In this document: positions 50,169 through 60,469 of the stretch, piece after piece
Layout of the letters: every line of letters begins with the position of its first letter
Numbering within the stretch: the stretch's first letter is position 1
NCBI GenBank assembly: GCA_031556035.1
Contig: JAVBTT010000024.1
Span: 38-64,037 of the forward strand
Direction of reading: 5' to 3'
Length of the DNA stretch: 64,000 bases
Source: Oscillospiraceae bacterium
GTDB taxonomy: Bacteria > Bacillota > Clostridia > Oscillospirales > UBA929
Position numbers and translations under genes: made by a program
Notes under the pieces: generated by a model
What the model was told of the DNA's origin: nothing
Seen by the model: the letters and a program-made list of their open reading frames with translations, nothing else
The model's database searches: none

Positions 50169-51203
50169 ATGAAGGACAAAACCCTTTTTTCAGATATTGA
50201 CACGATCGCGTTCCGTGACGGCGCGGTCATCATGCTTGACCAGACACTGCTGCCGGGTGAGGAGAAGACCCTTCACCTCACCGAGTATACCCAGGTGACG
50301 GAGGCGATACGCTCGCTGAGGGTGCGCGGCGCCCCCGCGATCGGCATCGCGGCGGCGTACGGTCTGTGTCTGGCGGCGTACGGGAGCGGGGCGGAAACCT
50401 ATGACGGGCTCCGCGCCGACATTATGGAGGCGAGGGACGAGCTGGCCTCGGCCCGCCCGACTGCGGTGAACCTGTTTTGGGCGCTTGAGGAGATGACGAG
50501 GGTGCTGGAGTGCGCGAGGGGAGCGCAACCGCACGCCGTACGTGAGGCCTTGCGGGCCAAGGCGGACGCAATGGCCTGCGAGGACGAGCGAGCCTGCCGC
50601 GCGATAGGCGCGCACGGTCTGCCGCTTTTCCGCGACGGCATGGGAGTTCTGACGCACTGCAACGCCGGAACGCTGGCGACGGTTAGATATGGCACCGCCC
50701 TAGCGCCGATATACGCGGCGACCGAGGCGGGACTGAGGCTGAGGGTGTACGCCGACGAAACGCGTCCGCTTCTTCAGGGCGCGCGTCTGACCGCGTGGGA
50801 GCTCATGCGGGCCGGGGTGGACACGACACTGATATGCGACAGCATGGCCGCCTGGGTTATGTCCAGGGGGCTTGTGGACATCGCTCTGGTCGGCTGCGAC
50901 CGGGTGGCGGCCAACGGCGACGCGGCCAATAAAATAGGTACGCTGGGGGTGGGGGTTCTGGCAAAGCGTTTCGGCATACCATTCTATGTCTGCGCTCCGA
51001 TGTCGACTATAGACAGGGACACGCCGGACGGAGGGCATATTGAGATCGAGGAGCGCGGCGGAGCGGAGGTGACGGAGCTGTGGTACAAGGAGCGGATGGC
51101 CCCGCGGGGGGTCAAGGTGCTCAACCCCGCCTTTGATGTGACGCCGGCCGAATTAATAAGCGGATATATAACGGAGCGCGGAATCCTCCGCCCGCCGTTT
51201 TGA
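50169..51203 (+). CDS. mtnA: S-methyl-5-thioribose-1-phosphate isomerase
   Basis: VRGAPAIG, ARPTAVNL, THCNAG, DETRPLLQGARLT, ANKIGT, NPAFDVTP. Confidence 0.94.
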   Translation: MKDKTLFSDIDTIAFRDGAVIMLDQTLLPGEEKTLHLTEYTQVTEAIRSLRVRGAPAIGIAAAYGLCLAAYGSGAETYDGLRADIMEARDELASARPTAVNLFWALEEMTRVLECARGAQPHAVREALRAKADAMACEDERACRAIGAHGLPLFRDGMGVLTHCNAGTLATVRYGTALAPIYAATEAGLRLRVYADETRPLLQGARLTAWELMRAGVDTTLICDSMAAWVMSRGLVDIALVGCDRVAANGDAANKIGTLGVGVLAKRFGIPFYVCAPMSTIDRDTPDGGHIEIEERGGAEVTELWYKERMAPRGVKVLNPAFDVTPAELISGYITERGILRPPF

Positions 51204-51218
51204 GCCTAAAACCTGTTT

Positions 51219-51304
51219 ATGTTGATGTACCAGTTAAGCCTTGCCGCAGCAGACTGATACTAATACCTGTTTAAAACCGGAAGGTTTTAACATGGGATTA
51301 GTAT
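51219..51304. repeat. Family-D solo terminus (51219-51247) next to a minimal 48-bp family-B element (51257-51304)
   Basis: ATGTTGATGTACCAGTTAAGCCTTGCCGC; ATACTAATACCTGTTTAAAACC-GGAA-GGTTTTAACATGGGATTAGTAT. Confidence 0.65.
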
Positions 51305-51305
51305 G

Positions 51306-51353
51306 AATACCCCCAAACGCCGCCCAGGGAGCCGGGGCGCGTTTGGGGGTATT
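51306..51353 (+). terminator. Stem-loop downstream of mtnA
   Basis: AATACCCCCAAACGC...GCGTTTGGGGGTATTT. Confidence 0.55.
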
Positions 51354-51406
51354 TATGTTGTGTTTATAGAGTTATTGTGGTAAAATATGTGATCGGAGGT
51401 GTTCAT

Positions 51407-52858
51407 ATGGGCATGACAAACGCGATGTGTACCGGCTGCAACGCAGGTATTCAGCTCGACGACAAAAAGAAAACCGCCTTCTGCATGTATTGCGGAGCCA
51501 GGATTCTGGTTGCGGAGGCCATAGACAATTACCGCAGAAATACCGACGAGACCGCGCCCGTGGCCCTGGAAACCAACGATGCGATATCCGGCGCACCGGA
51601 TATCGCAGGCGTGGATCGTCTTCTCGCCCAGAACAGCTTCACCAAGGCAGAAAACATCTGCAATGAGCTCCTGAGCCTCAATTCTGAGGACTGGGAAGCC
51701 CGGTGGCGCCTGATACGGGCGCGCACCCGCGATCTTGAAACCAAAAGGCTCGACCTGCCGGAGGATTTTTTATGGTCCGAGGCCATGGAGCTTTTTGCCA
51801 GGGCGCGTGTCCCGCAGGTAGAAAGCTGGAGGTCCGCCTATCTCGACGCGTACATGGCCTCATGCTCTGAAACCGCAGGCAGCTATGACCCCCGCGTGTT
51901 CATTGAGCTTTCGGTATACAGGTGGAACATCAGGGAGAACCGCTTTGAAAGCCCTATTGACAGGAGCTTCCCCATTGAGCTGCATGTGGACAAAAACGTC
52001 CGCATTCACCTCAACAAGCTCTCGGCAGTTCTGACTGGAGAACGCAAGGCGGAGTTTGACAGGGAGATTGACCGGACGTGCGGCGGAATTGCCGCTTATT
52101 TCCGTTCCGGATTTGAGAGTCTCGACGAGCTCAGGAACGGCAATTTTAAAAAGCTTTTTGGCCTGTGGGCTGTGCAGAACGCGGACGACAGCCTGAAGAC
52201 AGAGGCAATACGGGTGTCAAAAAACGACGCGGGCGTAGTATACTGCGAAAATATACGCACCACGATAAGCCGGCTGGACTACGCCAGGTTTGTCGGCATG
52301 GATACGTCAGGCTCGCTGACATGCCGCGAGCTGAGGCGCTATCCCTCCCAAAGCGGCGCGGGAGGAGACTTTTTGCGTTTTCCGCAGCCCAGGGCCTTTC
52401 AGACAGTATTCGCGCTGTATGACCATCTGCTTATACTGCCAAACGGCATCTTCCGGCGCTCCGAGCCCGCCGAGGTTCCTGGCTACGATAAAGCGCTGGC
52501 GTTTCAGCAGAAATGCTATAAGTCCCCCTGCTTTATTAGGGACGGCAAGCGGAGCATCCAGATCCGCCCCTCCTCTGAAAACCATAACACAGCTGAACCC
52601 AGCAAAAAGGTTAGCAGCTGCTACATAGCCACCGCTGTGTACGGCAATGTGGACGAGCCGCATGTGCTGGCCCTGCGTCGCTTTCGTGACGACGTGCTGA
52701 ACCGGAGCCGGTTGGGACGGCGCGTTTCATCCGCCTACTACCGCCTGAGCCCTCCGCTGGCGGAAAGGCTCAGGGACGCCAAGGCCGCCAACACACTGGT
52801 GCGCGCGCTTTTGAACGTCTTTGTGGCGGCGCTTCGGCTTTTTGAAAGGAATAAATAA
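51407..52858 (+). CDS. Zinc-ribbon + TPR-like protein with C-terminal CFI-box-CTERM domain
   Basis: CTGC...CMYCG; CYIATAVYG...LRRFRD...YYRLSP. Confidence 0.8.
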   Translation: MGMTNAMCTGCNAGIQLDDKKKTAFCMYCGARILVAEAIDNYRRNTDETAPVALETNDAISGAPDIAGVDRLLAQNSFTKAENICNELLSLNSEDWEARWRLIRARTRDLETKRLDLPEDFLWSEAMELFARARVPQVESWRSAYLDAYMASCSETAGSYDPRVFIELSVYRWNIRENRFESPIDRSFPIELHVDKNVRIHLNKLSAVLTGERKAEFDREIDRTCGGIAAYFRSGFESLDELRNGNFKKLFGLWAVQNADDSLKTEAIRVSKNDAGVVYCENIRTTISRLDYARFVGMDTSGSLTCRELRRYPSQSGAGGDFLRFPQPRAFQTVFALYDHLLILPNGIFRRSEPAEVPGYDKALAFQQKCYKSPCFIRDGKRSIQIRPSSENHNTAEPSKKVSSCYIATAVYGNVDEPHVLALRRFRDDVLNRSRLGRRVSSAYYRLSPPLAERLRDAKAANTLVRALLNVFVAALRLFERNK

Positions 52859-52860
52859 AT

Positions 52861-52915
52861 CTTCAAAATCCCTTCTCAATCGCTTCACACTTTCTCCATA
52901 TTGTGAGGCTATACT
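52861..52915 (+). promoter_or_regulatory. CssR-like direct-repeat operator and -10 upstream of htrA
   Basis: CTTCAAA/CTTCTCA/CTTCACA/CTCCATA at 52861, 52872, 52883, 52894; TATACT at 52910. Confidence 0.6.
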
Positions 52916-52954
52916 TAAATCACACTAAGGCGATTGAGAAAGGGGTAAAATAAA

Positions 52955-54283
52955 ATGGACGACAACAGATATACATTTTCGATTGAAAAACCCGAGGAGC
53001 TCTCCCCTCCGCCGAAAAAGAGGAGAAGCCGCGCGGCCATAATAGCGCTGGTGCTCGTGGGAGCCATGTTCTTCTCGGCGCTGGGCGGCGTATCCGGCAT
53101 CTATCTGGCGGATCACTTCAGACCTGGGACCTCGGACGGCAATACACCAGTTTCCGAGCAGGACAACCAGAATCCTCCGTCCGCGTCAACGCCCAACTCC
53201 AATTCCACCGACAAGCTCGCGTCCATAACCACTCCGGACAACGGGCAGCTCACCGTGACTCAGGTTTTCAACAAATGCAACCCGGCTGTCGTGGCCATAG
53301 CGACAGAGACCACAACCAACGTATTCGGTCAGAGCGTATCACAGGCGGCGGCCGGCTCGGGCTTCATCATCTCCAGCAGCGGATACGTGGTCACCAACAA
53401 CCATGTGATCAGCGGTGCGAGCAGCATAACGGTAATGCTTTACGACGGCAAGGAATACACGGCCAAGCTGATCGGCAGCGACAAGGCTACCGACCTCGCG
53501 GTGCTGAAAATTGAAGGCACGGGCTTTACTTACCTTGACCTCGGCGACTCAAGCAAACTTGTTGTCGGCGAGCAGGTCGTCGCCATAGGGAACCCGCTCG
53601 GCGAGCTCGCAAACAGCCTGTCGGTTGGATATATCAGCGCCCTCGCGCGTACAATAAACATTGACGGCGATCCGATGGTCATGCTCCAGACCGACGCGTC
53701 CGTCAGCCCCGGCAACTCCGGCGGCCCTCTTATCAATCTGTACGGTCAGGTCATCGGCATTGTCTCAGCTAAGAGCACCGGCAGCGGCGTTGAGGGCATA
53801 GGCTTCGCGATCCCGATGAACACGGCCATCGACGTCATCAACTCCCTCATTGACAACGGGTACGTCACCGGAAGGCCCTACTTCGGAATCTCCGTTCAGT
53901 ACTTCTCCGGCAACACCGCGGCATATTACAACATTTCGGACGGGCTCTACGTCATGTCGGTCGAAGCCGGAAGCTGCGCGGAAAAGGCCGGCCTCAAGGT
54001 TGGCGACAGAATAATCTCTCTCGGAGGTACCGCCATAAACTCCACGTCCGACCTCCAAACCGCAAAGCTTACATTCAGGGCGGGCGCCACCGCGGCGCTT
54101 GTGGTGAGCAGGAACGGCCAGGAGCTCACTCTCAGCGTAACCTTTGACGAGGAAAAGCCGGCCCCGGACTCGAACTCCGGATCCAATCCCTCCGGTGGCA
54201 ACTCCCAGACACCCTGGGGCAACACTTACCCCTGGGGCGGCGGGATGACCCCCTGGGGCAGCGACAACGGCAGCGGAACCTGA
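52955..54283 (+). CDS. htrA: HtrA/DegP-type serine protease (TM, trypsin, PDZ)
   Basis: GSGFI, TNNHV, DLAVL, PGNSGGPL, PDZ. Confidence 0.93.
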   Translation: MDDNRYTFSIEKPEELSPPPKKRRSRAAIIALVLVGAMFFSALGGVSGIYLADHFRPGTSDGNTPVSEQDNQNPPSASTPNSNSTDKLASITTPDNGQLTVTQVFNKCNPAVVAIATETTTNVFGQSVSQAAAGSGFIISSSGYVVTNNHVISGASSITVMLYDGKEYTAKLIGSDKATDLAVLKIEGTGFTYLDLGDSSKLVVGEQVVAIGNPLGELANSLSVGYISALARTINIDGDPMVMLQTDASVSPGNSGGPLINLYGQVIGIVSAKSTGSGVEGIGFAIPMNTAIDVINSLIDNGYVTGRPYFGISVQYFSGNTAAYYNISDGLYVMSVEAGSCAEKAGLKVGDRIISLGGTAINSTSDLQTAKLTFRAGATAALVVSRNGQELTLSVTFDEEKPAPDSNSGSNPSGGNSQTPWGNTYPWGGGMTPWGSDNGSGT

Positions 54284-54335
54284 TCATAAGTCTTTAAAGC
54301 GCCTGGGCGGGCTTTCCGCCCGGAAGGAGACGGCT

Positions 54336-55007
54336 ATGAAAATATTGGTAGCTGACGACGAGGCCCGCCTGCGCAGGCTGCTTGGCGACTTTCTCAAGCG
54401 GGAGAGCTTCGAGATTGTAGAGGCCCCGAACGGGCGGGACGCGGTCAGCGCACTGCGCGAAACCTCCGGCATATCGCTTGTGATAATGGACGTCATGATG
54501 CCCGTTATGAACGGGATCGACGCCTGCCGCGAGATAAGGCTGTTCAGCGACGTCCCGATCCTCATGCTCACCGCCAAGAGCCAGGAGGAGGACGAGCTGG
54601 AGGGCTTCGCCTGCGGCGCCGACGACTACCTCACAAAGCCGTTCTCAATGCCTGTGCTGCTGGCCCGTGTCCACTCGCTCCTCAAGCGCGGCGGCGAGAC
54701 GAGCGAGACAAAACTCTCCTCTGGCGACATCACCGTCGATATGCGCGCGCATCAGCTTTTTGTTTCCGGCAGGCCGGTGGACGTAACTCCCAGGGAATTC
54801 GAGCTCATGCACTATTTTATAAAAAATAAAAACATAGCCCTGTCGCGCGAGCAGATACTCAACATGGTGTGGAACTACGACTTTTACGGCGACGCGCGCA
54901 CGATCGACACCCATGTAAAAAACCTGCGCATGAAGCTCGGCCCCGCCGGGGACCGCATCAGGACAGTGCGAAGCTATGGCTACAAGCTAGAGGATGATCA
55001 GGCATGA
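54336..55007 (+). CDS. OmpR-family response regulator
   Basis: ADDE, MDVMMP, KPF, RTIDTHVKNLR. Confidence 0.93.
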   Translation: MKILVADDEARLRRLLGDFLKRESFEIVEAPNGRDAVSALRETSGISLVIMDVMMPVMNGIDACREIRLFSDVPILMLTAKSQEEDELEGFACGADDYLTKPFSMPVLLARVHSLLKRGGETSETKLSSGDITVDMRAHQLFVSGRPVDVTPREFELMHYFIKNKNIALSREQILNMVWNYDFYGDARTIDTHVKNLRMKLGPAGDRIRTVRSYGYKLEDDQA

Positions 55008-56536
55008 GACTCAAGCTGACCCCCAAGATGTTCCTGCTGGTCGCCTCCGTTTTAATATTGCAGTTTGCGCTCATATTAATATTTGGGAGCACGATGGTTG
55101 AGAAAATGTATCTCAGCGACAAGCGCAACGAGCTTTTGAGAGCTTTCCGCCAGGCACAGGAGAAATACGATCCCTCCGGAGATTACGCGGAGCAGCTCGC
55201 CTTCAGAACATGGTCCTTTGAGCTGCAAAACCAGAGCACGACCATAACCGTTTGGGACGGCGGCGGCAGACTCGTCTCGACGACCTCGCTGTTTTTCATG
55301 GATTACGCCGAGAGGAGCTCCGGCCGCGTCTTTCCCTTCGGTCAGCAGAGGACGGTACAGGTTACATTTGACGTGGACAAGTTTGACGAGCTCCTCTCCG
55401 GCGGCGAGTACGCATATCTCGACAATCTTGTCCTCGAGGTATACGGCAGGGCTGTATCGATAAACCGTTCCAATCAGGAGCAGATGTACCTGATGGGCAC
55501 AAACGGCGGAGGCGACTATTTCCTTCTGGAAACTCCCCTAGAGCCGATCCAGGCCGCCGCGGGCCTGGCGGTGCGCTCCTCCATGCTGGGAGGCATAATT
55601 GCCCTCGGCTTCGGACTGCTGATAACCGCGGTCGTCATCTACTACACCGCCAAGCCCATCCGGCAGATGAAGCGGGTGGCGGGAAACCTCGCAAAGCTCG
55701 ACTTTTCAGAAAAAGTCCAGGTGCGCTCACGCGATGAGCTGGGCGAGCTGGGCGAGAGCATCAACAGCATGTCGGACGCAATGCAGAGCTACACCACCGA
55801 GCTCAGCGCGGCCAACGAACAGCTAAAGCGCGACATTGAGGAGCGTCTCCGCTCCGAGCAGGCTCAGAAACAGCTGGTTTCGAATATCTCCCACGAGCTG
55901 AAAACTCCGCTGGCGCTAATCTCCGGGTACGCCGAGGGACTGCGCGAGGGAATGGCCGAGGATCCGGTCGTAAGGGATGAATATTGCGATGTGATACTGG
56001 ACGAGAGCCGGCAAATGACCAAGCTGCTGCATCAGCTGCTGGGGCTGGCGAGGCTTCAGAGCGGAACTGGCCTGTTTTCGCCCGGACCGGTCGATCTCTC
56101 CGACCTCTCCGACGAGATGGCGTCCGGCTTCTCGCTCCCGGCCCGGCAGCGGGGAGTCACACTCAGGATGGAGATAGACAGCGGGCTCATAGTCTTGGCG
56201 GAGCGGGACGCCTGTGAACAGGTGCTGCGCAACTACCTTTCAAACGCGATGAAGCATGTGCCCGACGGAGGGCTTATAAGGGTGACACTGCGCGGAACGG
56301 ACAGCGGCAGGGCCCGTCTTGAGGTCTACAACAGCGGCTCAAGCATACCGGACAAGGCGCTGGATCGCGTGTGGGACAGCTTTTTCAGGGTGGACGAGGC
56401 CAGAAACCGTGAATCCGGCGAGGTAGGGCTCGGGCTCAGCATAGTCAAGGCGCATATGACGCGCCATTCGGCGCCGTACGGAGTGTACAATACGGACGAC
56501 GGAGTGGTGTTCTTCGCGGAATTTGAAATAATATAA
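55004..56536 (+). CDS. HAMP sensor histidine kinase
   Basis: SHELKTP, NAMKH, GLGLSIV. Confidence 0.92.
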   Translation: MRLKLTPKMFLLVASVLILQFALILIFGSTMVEKMYLSDKRNELLRAFRQAQEKYDPSGDYAEQLAFRTWSFELQNQSTTITVWDGGGRLVSTTSLFFMDYAERSSGRVFPFGQQRTVQVTFDVDKFDELLSGGEYAYLDNLVLEVYGRAVSINRSNQEQMYLMGTNGGGDYFLLETPLEPIQAAAGLAVRSSMLGGIIALGFGLLITAVVIYYTAKPIRQMKRVAGNLAKLDFSEKVQVRSRDELGELGESINSMSDAMQSYTTELSAANEQLKRDIEERLRSEQAQKQLVSNISHELKTPLALISGYAEGLREGMAEDPVVRDEYCDVILDESRQMTKLLHQLLGLARLQSGTGLFSPGPVDLSDLSDEMASGFSLPARQRGVTLRMEIDSGLIVLAERDACEQVLRNYLSNAMKHVPDGGLIRVTLRGTDSGRARLEVYNSGSSIPDKALDRVWDSFFRVDEARNRESGEVGLGLSIVKAHMTRHSAPYGVYNTDDGVVFFAEFEII

Positions 56537-56682
56537 GAGCGGAGCCGGGCGAGTCTCTAAAAATCCAAGGAGCGGCCTTTAGGCCGAGACGCAGGATTTT
56601 TAGAGACAAAGCGCAGGGTCTGCCGCAGTGGGCGAAGCCCACGCAGGCAGGCCAGGAGCGACAGCCCGGCGGGAGCTTGACA
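56535..56682 (+). repeat. Family-A structured repeat, copy 5
   Basis: AAGAGCGGAGCCGGGC...GCCCGGCGGGAGCTTGACA. Confidence 0.75.
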
Positions 56683-56695
56683 GCAGGCGCCCGTT

Positions 56696-56776
56696 GCAGG
56701 GGACGCCGCCCTCGGCGGCCCGCCGTTCCCCATCATCTCTGATTTGAGAACGGGACGCCCAGGGGGCGTCCCCTAC
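56696..56776. repeat. GTAG-type REP doublet (REPIN-like)
   Basis: GCAGGGGACGCCGCCCTC...GGGGGCGTCCCCTAC. Confidence 0.6.
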
Positions 56777-56945
56777 AGTACAACCCGAACATCCCTCCGG
56801 TATGTGCGAATTATGTGTTTTCGGCCCGCTCTTTGACAAACAACAACGGGAATGGTATTATCGGGACGGACAATGCCATTTTCGTTTTTTTGTTTATTTC
56901 CGGTCGTTATATGACGATATACTGTATAACAGGGAGGTGGGGTTG

Positions 56946-57545
56946 ATGAGGATCCGGCGCGTATTCTCAATAATATTCGCGTGTGTCCTGCTGATGGGGG
57001 CGGGCCTTGCCTCCTCGGACGCTCCCTCCGTCAGAAAGCTCTCCCTCCAGGCGCCTTCAAGGGAACTAGTCGCCGGGAAGGACGGGCTTTCATCTATGCA
57101 GCTTGTGGTAAAGTCAACTCCTGCCGACGCGGATATCTCTAGCCTGACCTGGTCCTCAAAAAAGCCGCAGTCCGCCTCGGTCGACGATACGGGGCTTGTC
57201 ACGGCGCACGCCGGAGGAACGGTCAGCATTACAGTGACGGATACCCTCACCGGCAAAAAGGCCTCTAAGGCCATCAAAATATGGGAACTGCCCTCCGGGG
57301 TGGATATACGCCTCTCGGAAAAAAATCTTCGGACAGGCCGTTCAGCCGCCCTTTCCTCCAGGCTGTCCCCCTCCTCGCACATCCGCAAGGCGGACAAGGC
57401 GCTGAGTTGGTTCTCGTCGGATGCCTCGGTCGCGTCCGTTAACGCCAAGGGCAGGGTCACAGCCGTAGCCCCCGGGGAGGCGACCATCACCGTTATGACG
57501 GTGAACGGCAGGACGGACTCATGCGTTGTCACCGTCACGGAATGA
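56946..57545 (+). CDS. Secreted protein with two Big_2 Ig-like domains
   Basis: GGAGGT RBS, signal peptide; WSSKKPQSASVDDTGLVTA and WFSSDASVASVNAKGRVTA. Confidence 0.82.
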   Translation: MRIRRVFSIIFACVLLMGAGLASSDAPSVRKLSLQAPSRELVAGKDGLSSMQLVVKSTPADADISSLTWSSKKPQSASVDDTGLVTAHAGGTVSITVTDTLTGKKASKAIKIWELPSGVDIRLSEKNLRTGRSAALSSRLSPSSHIRKADKALSWFSSDASVASVNAKGRVTAVAPGEATITVMTVNGRTDSCVVTVTE

Positions 57546-57555
57546 GGGTTGCGTC

Positions 57556-58215
57556 ATGCACAAAATACTTATGATAGAGGACGAGGCGCGCATACGCGCC
57601 TTTGTCGTGCCCTATTTGACCATGTCGGGTTTTGAAGTCCACGAGGCAGAGGATGGAGAGCGCGGGCTGGGGATGGCGCTTTCCGGCAAATACTCCCTGA
57701 TCCTGCTCGATCTGATGCTGCCCGGCATGGACGGCGTTGCCGTATGCAAGCAGATACGCGCCTCGTCGCGCACGCCGATACTTATGCTCACAGCCAAAAG
57801 CGAGGAGGATGACGTGGTGTCCGGCTTTGAGGCCGGAGCCGACGATTACCTGACAAAGCCCTTTTCCCCTAAGGAGCTTGTAGCCAGGGTAAAAGCCCTT
57901 ATAGCGCGATGCCCGCCCGCCGACAATTACGTATCGGTCGCGGGGGTATCCATAGACCCCTCGTCGCAGGAGGTCACACTGGACGGCGCGGAGCTGAGCC
58001 TCACCCCGAAGGAGTTCGACCTGCTGCTGCTGCTCGCGAGGAACCCCAACAGGGCGTTTGCCCGCGAGGAGCTGCTGTCCTCCGTGTGGGGCTATGAGTT
58101 CTTCGGAGACACCAGGACTGTGGACACCCACGTAAAGCAGCTGCGCGAAAAGCTCGGCGAAAGACGCGAGCTGATCGCCACGGTCTGGGGCAAGGGGTAC
58201 AAGCTGGAGGGATAG
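57556..58215 (+). CDS. OmpR-family response regulator
   Basis: IEDE, LDLMLP, KPF, TVWGKGY. Confidence 0.93.
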   Translation: MHKILMIEDEARIRAFVVPYLTMSGFEVHEAEDGERGLGMALSGKYSLILLDLMLPGMDGVAVCKQIRASSRTPILMLTAKSEEDDVVSGFEAGADDYLTKPFSPKELVARVKALIARCPPADNYVSVAGVSIDPSSQEVTLDGAELSLTPKEFDLLLLLARNPNRAFAREELLSSVWGYEFFGDTRTVDTHVKQLREKLGERRELIATVWGKGYKLEG

Positions 58216-58228
58216 ACGGGAGAACAGC

Positions 58229-59590
58229 ATGAGAATAACGCTTCGACTCTGGGCCACGATAATCGCGCTGATTGTCGTGGTGCTTTTGCTTGTCTGGACC
58301 TTCCTTATAATACTGCTCCCGCAGGTATACTTCGACGACGCCTCCAAGCGCCTCAACTCTGACGCGGAGGCCGCGGAGCTGATATTGCAGAACGAGTTCC
58401 CGGACAACATATCCGCGCAGGCCTCCAATGCCCTGAACAGCCTGAGCGAGACCTACGGCCTGCGTATTGACCTGTTCGACCTGGCCGGGCGATCCCTGTT
58501 CAGGAGCGGCTGGGGCGAGGGCTGGCAGCCGCTGGCCGGGCAGGAATTCGAATACCTGGCTGAGGGCAGCGAGCTGCGAAAGAGCGTTTACCGCCCCGGC
58601 TTCGGGGACACTCTGGTGGTGGGCAGACGGATCGAAGCCGTCTCCGGGGCGCAGACTGTACTGGTCGTCTGCATGCCGGCGGCGCCCATTGAGGACACGC
58701 TGGACATACTTGCCCAGCAGATGCTGATAGTCATAGCGGCCTCGCTTGTGGTCTCAATGGTGATAGCGTACTATCTCTCGCGCATGTTCGTAAAGCCGAT
58801 ACGCGAGATGGACTCGCTGGCGGCTTCAATAGCGCAGGGCGAGTTCGGCAGGAAGATAACCGTCAAAAGCAAAAACGAGCTTGGAGACCTGGCGAACACA
58901 ATCAATAAAATGTCGGTGCGACTGGGGCAGACCGAGGCGATGCGCCGGGACTTCATCGCCACAGTGTCCCATCAGTTCAAGACGCCGCTGTCGATAATCC
59001 AGGGCCACGTTGAGCTGATAGCTGATACCCTTCCGGAGGACTTGTCCGGCAAATACAGGGCACAGTTTTCCCTTATCCTCGACGAAATAGGCAAGTTGGA
59101 CAATATGGCCAGGGAGATGCTCAAGCTGTCGCAGCTCCAGGCCTCGGAGCCTAAGCCGCAAAGGATTCGCCTCAACGGGGTTCTTGAGGAGCTCATCCTC
59201 AAGCTGGCCGTGCTCGACCCCGGCACCAAGCTCAAGCTGACAGCGGAGGCCGACCTGTATGTCAAGGCCGACCCGGAGCAAATCTATCATGTGCTGGAAA
59301 ACCTCATTAAAAACTCGCTGAGGCACGCCAAAGCGCGCAACATAGTGATATCCGCGCTGTCCGAGCCGGGCGGCAGAGCGCTGGTGTCGGTGACGGACGA
59401 CGGGGTAGGGCTTAGCCCAGAGCAGCTCGAGCACGTATGGGACAGGTTTTACAAGGGCGACCCGAACAGCACCGGAGACTCAGGGCTTGGAATGGCTATA
59501 GTAAAGGAAATACTGGAATCGCACGGCGCTGAATACGGAATCCGCTCGGAGGGCGGAACCATGGTCTGGTTCTATTTGAAGAAAGCCTGA
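58229..59590 (+). CDS. HAMP sensor histidine kinase
   Basis: SHQFKTP, NSLRH, DDGVG, SGLGMAI. Confidence 0.9.
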   Translation: MRITLRLWATIIALIVVVLLLVWTFLIILLPQVYFDDASKRLNSDAEAAELILQNEFPDNISAQASNALNSLSETYGLRIDLFDLAGRSLFRSGWGEGWQPLAGQEFEYLAEGSELRKSVYRPGFGDTLVVGRRIEAVSGAQTVLVVCMPAAPIEDTLDILAQQMLIVIAASLVVSMVIAYYLSRMFVKPIREMDSLAASIAQGEFGRKITVKSKNELGDLANTINKMSVRLGQTEAMRRDFIATVSHQFKTPLSIIQGHVELIADTLPEDLSGKYRAQFSLILDEIGKLDNMAREMLKLSQLQASEPKPQRIRLNGVLEELILKLAVLDPGTKLKLTAEADLYVKADPEQIYHVLENLIKNSLRHAKARNIVISALSEPGGRALVSVTDDGVGLSPEQLEHVWDRFYKGDPNSTGDSGLGMAIVKEILESHGAEYGIRSEGGTMVWFYLKKA

Positions 59591-59674
59591 CAACTCGCTC
59601 ATAATTTGTACGGCGAAAAACGGCAAAATCATTTCGGCGATGACAAGCGCGGGGCATCTCTTCGCGATTCCCGC

Positions 59675-59701
59675 ACCATACTCCCCCCTCCCACATAAAA
59701 T
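59675..59701 (+). promoter_or_regulatory. Candidate sigma-K promoter for spoVF
   Basis: AC-17 nt-CATAAAAT; spoVF is sigma-K dependent in Bacillus subtilis. Confidence 0.45.
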
Positions 59702-59731
59702 GTATCAGATATCCATAAGGAGGGCGCGATA

Positions 59732-60469
59732 ATGCGTATTTCCGTGGTAGCGGGGGACGAACGAAACCAAAGGCTGAACGAGCTGCTGTGCGCGGACGGT
59801 TGGGAGTCGAGGCTGTTTGGACAGGAAGATCCCGCCCGGGCGGCCGACTGGGGCAGAATAGTGGTGCTGCCGATAAAGGGCGTCGACCCGGACGTTTTCA
59901 ACGGATTTCTGAACAACGAGCAGCTTTTGGTAACAGGTCAGGACTTTCTGTCAAGAAACGACTTTGCGATATTGAACGCCATACCGACTGCGGAGGGGGC
60001 GGTGCAGCTTGCGATGGAAAAAACGCCCCAGGCCCTCAGGGGACGCAGGGCGCTGGTGATTGGCTACGGCAGGATTGGAAAGCTGCTCGCGCACGCGCTG
60101 CAAGGCTTAGGGGTGCGCGTCGCGGTAGCGGCCCGCAAGTCCGAGGATTTCGCGTGGATACGGGCTATGGGATGCGAGGAGCTGAACACGATGCAGCTCC
60201 AGGGCAAGCTCTCCGGCTTCGACCTCATATTCAATACCGTGCCGCACCTCGTGCTGCCATATATGAGGCTTGTAGAGCTCAAGCGCGACTGCCTTGTGAT
60301 AGATCTCGCCTCCAAGCCGGGCGGAGTGGATTTCAAGGCGGCGGAGAAGCTGGGGCTGAATGTCGAGTGGGCGCTGTCACTTCCCGGGAAGGTGGCGCCT
60401 GAGAGCGCGGCAATTTACATGCGGGATACGCTTTACGCTATCCTGAGGGAAAGGGGGATCTCATTTTGA
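59732..60469 (+). CDS. spoVFA: Dipicolinate synthase subunit A
   Basis: GDER, NAIPTAEGA, GYGRIG, DLASKPGG, LPGKVAP. Confidence 0.88.
   Translation: MRISVVAGDERNQRLNELLCADGWESRLFGQEDPARAADWGRIVVLPIKGVDPDVFNGFLNNEQLLVTGQDFLSRNDFAILNAIPTAEGAVQLAMEKTPQALRGRRALVIGYGRIGKLLAHALQGLGVRVAVAARKSEDFAWIRAMGCEELNTMQLQGKLSGFDLIFNTVPHLVLPYMRLVELKRDCLVIDLASKPGGVDFKAAEKLGLNVEWALSLPGKVAPESAAIYMRDTLYAILRERGISF

Noticed and set aside
56535-56682. Self-cleaving ribozyme identity for family A
   Set aside because: No hammerhead core (CTGANGA/GAAA) or other ribozyme consensus recognisable by eye
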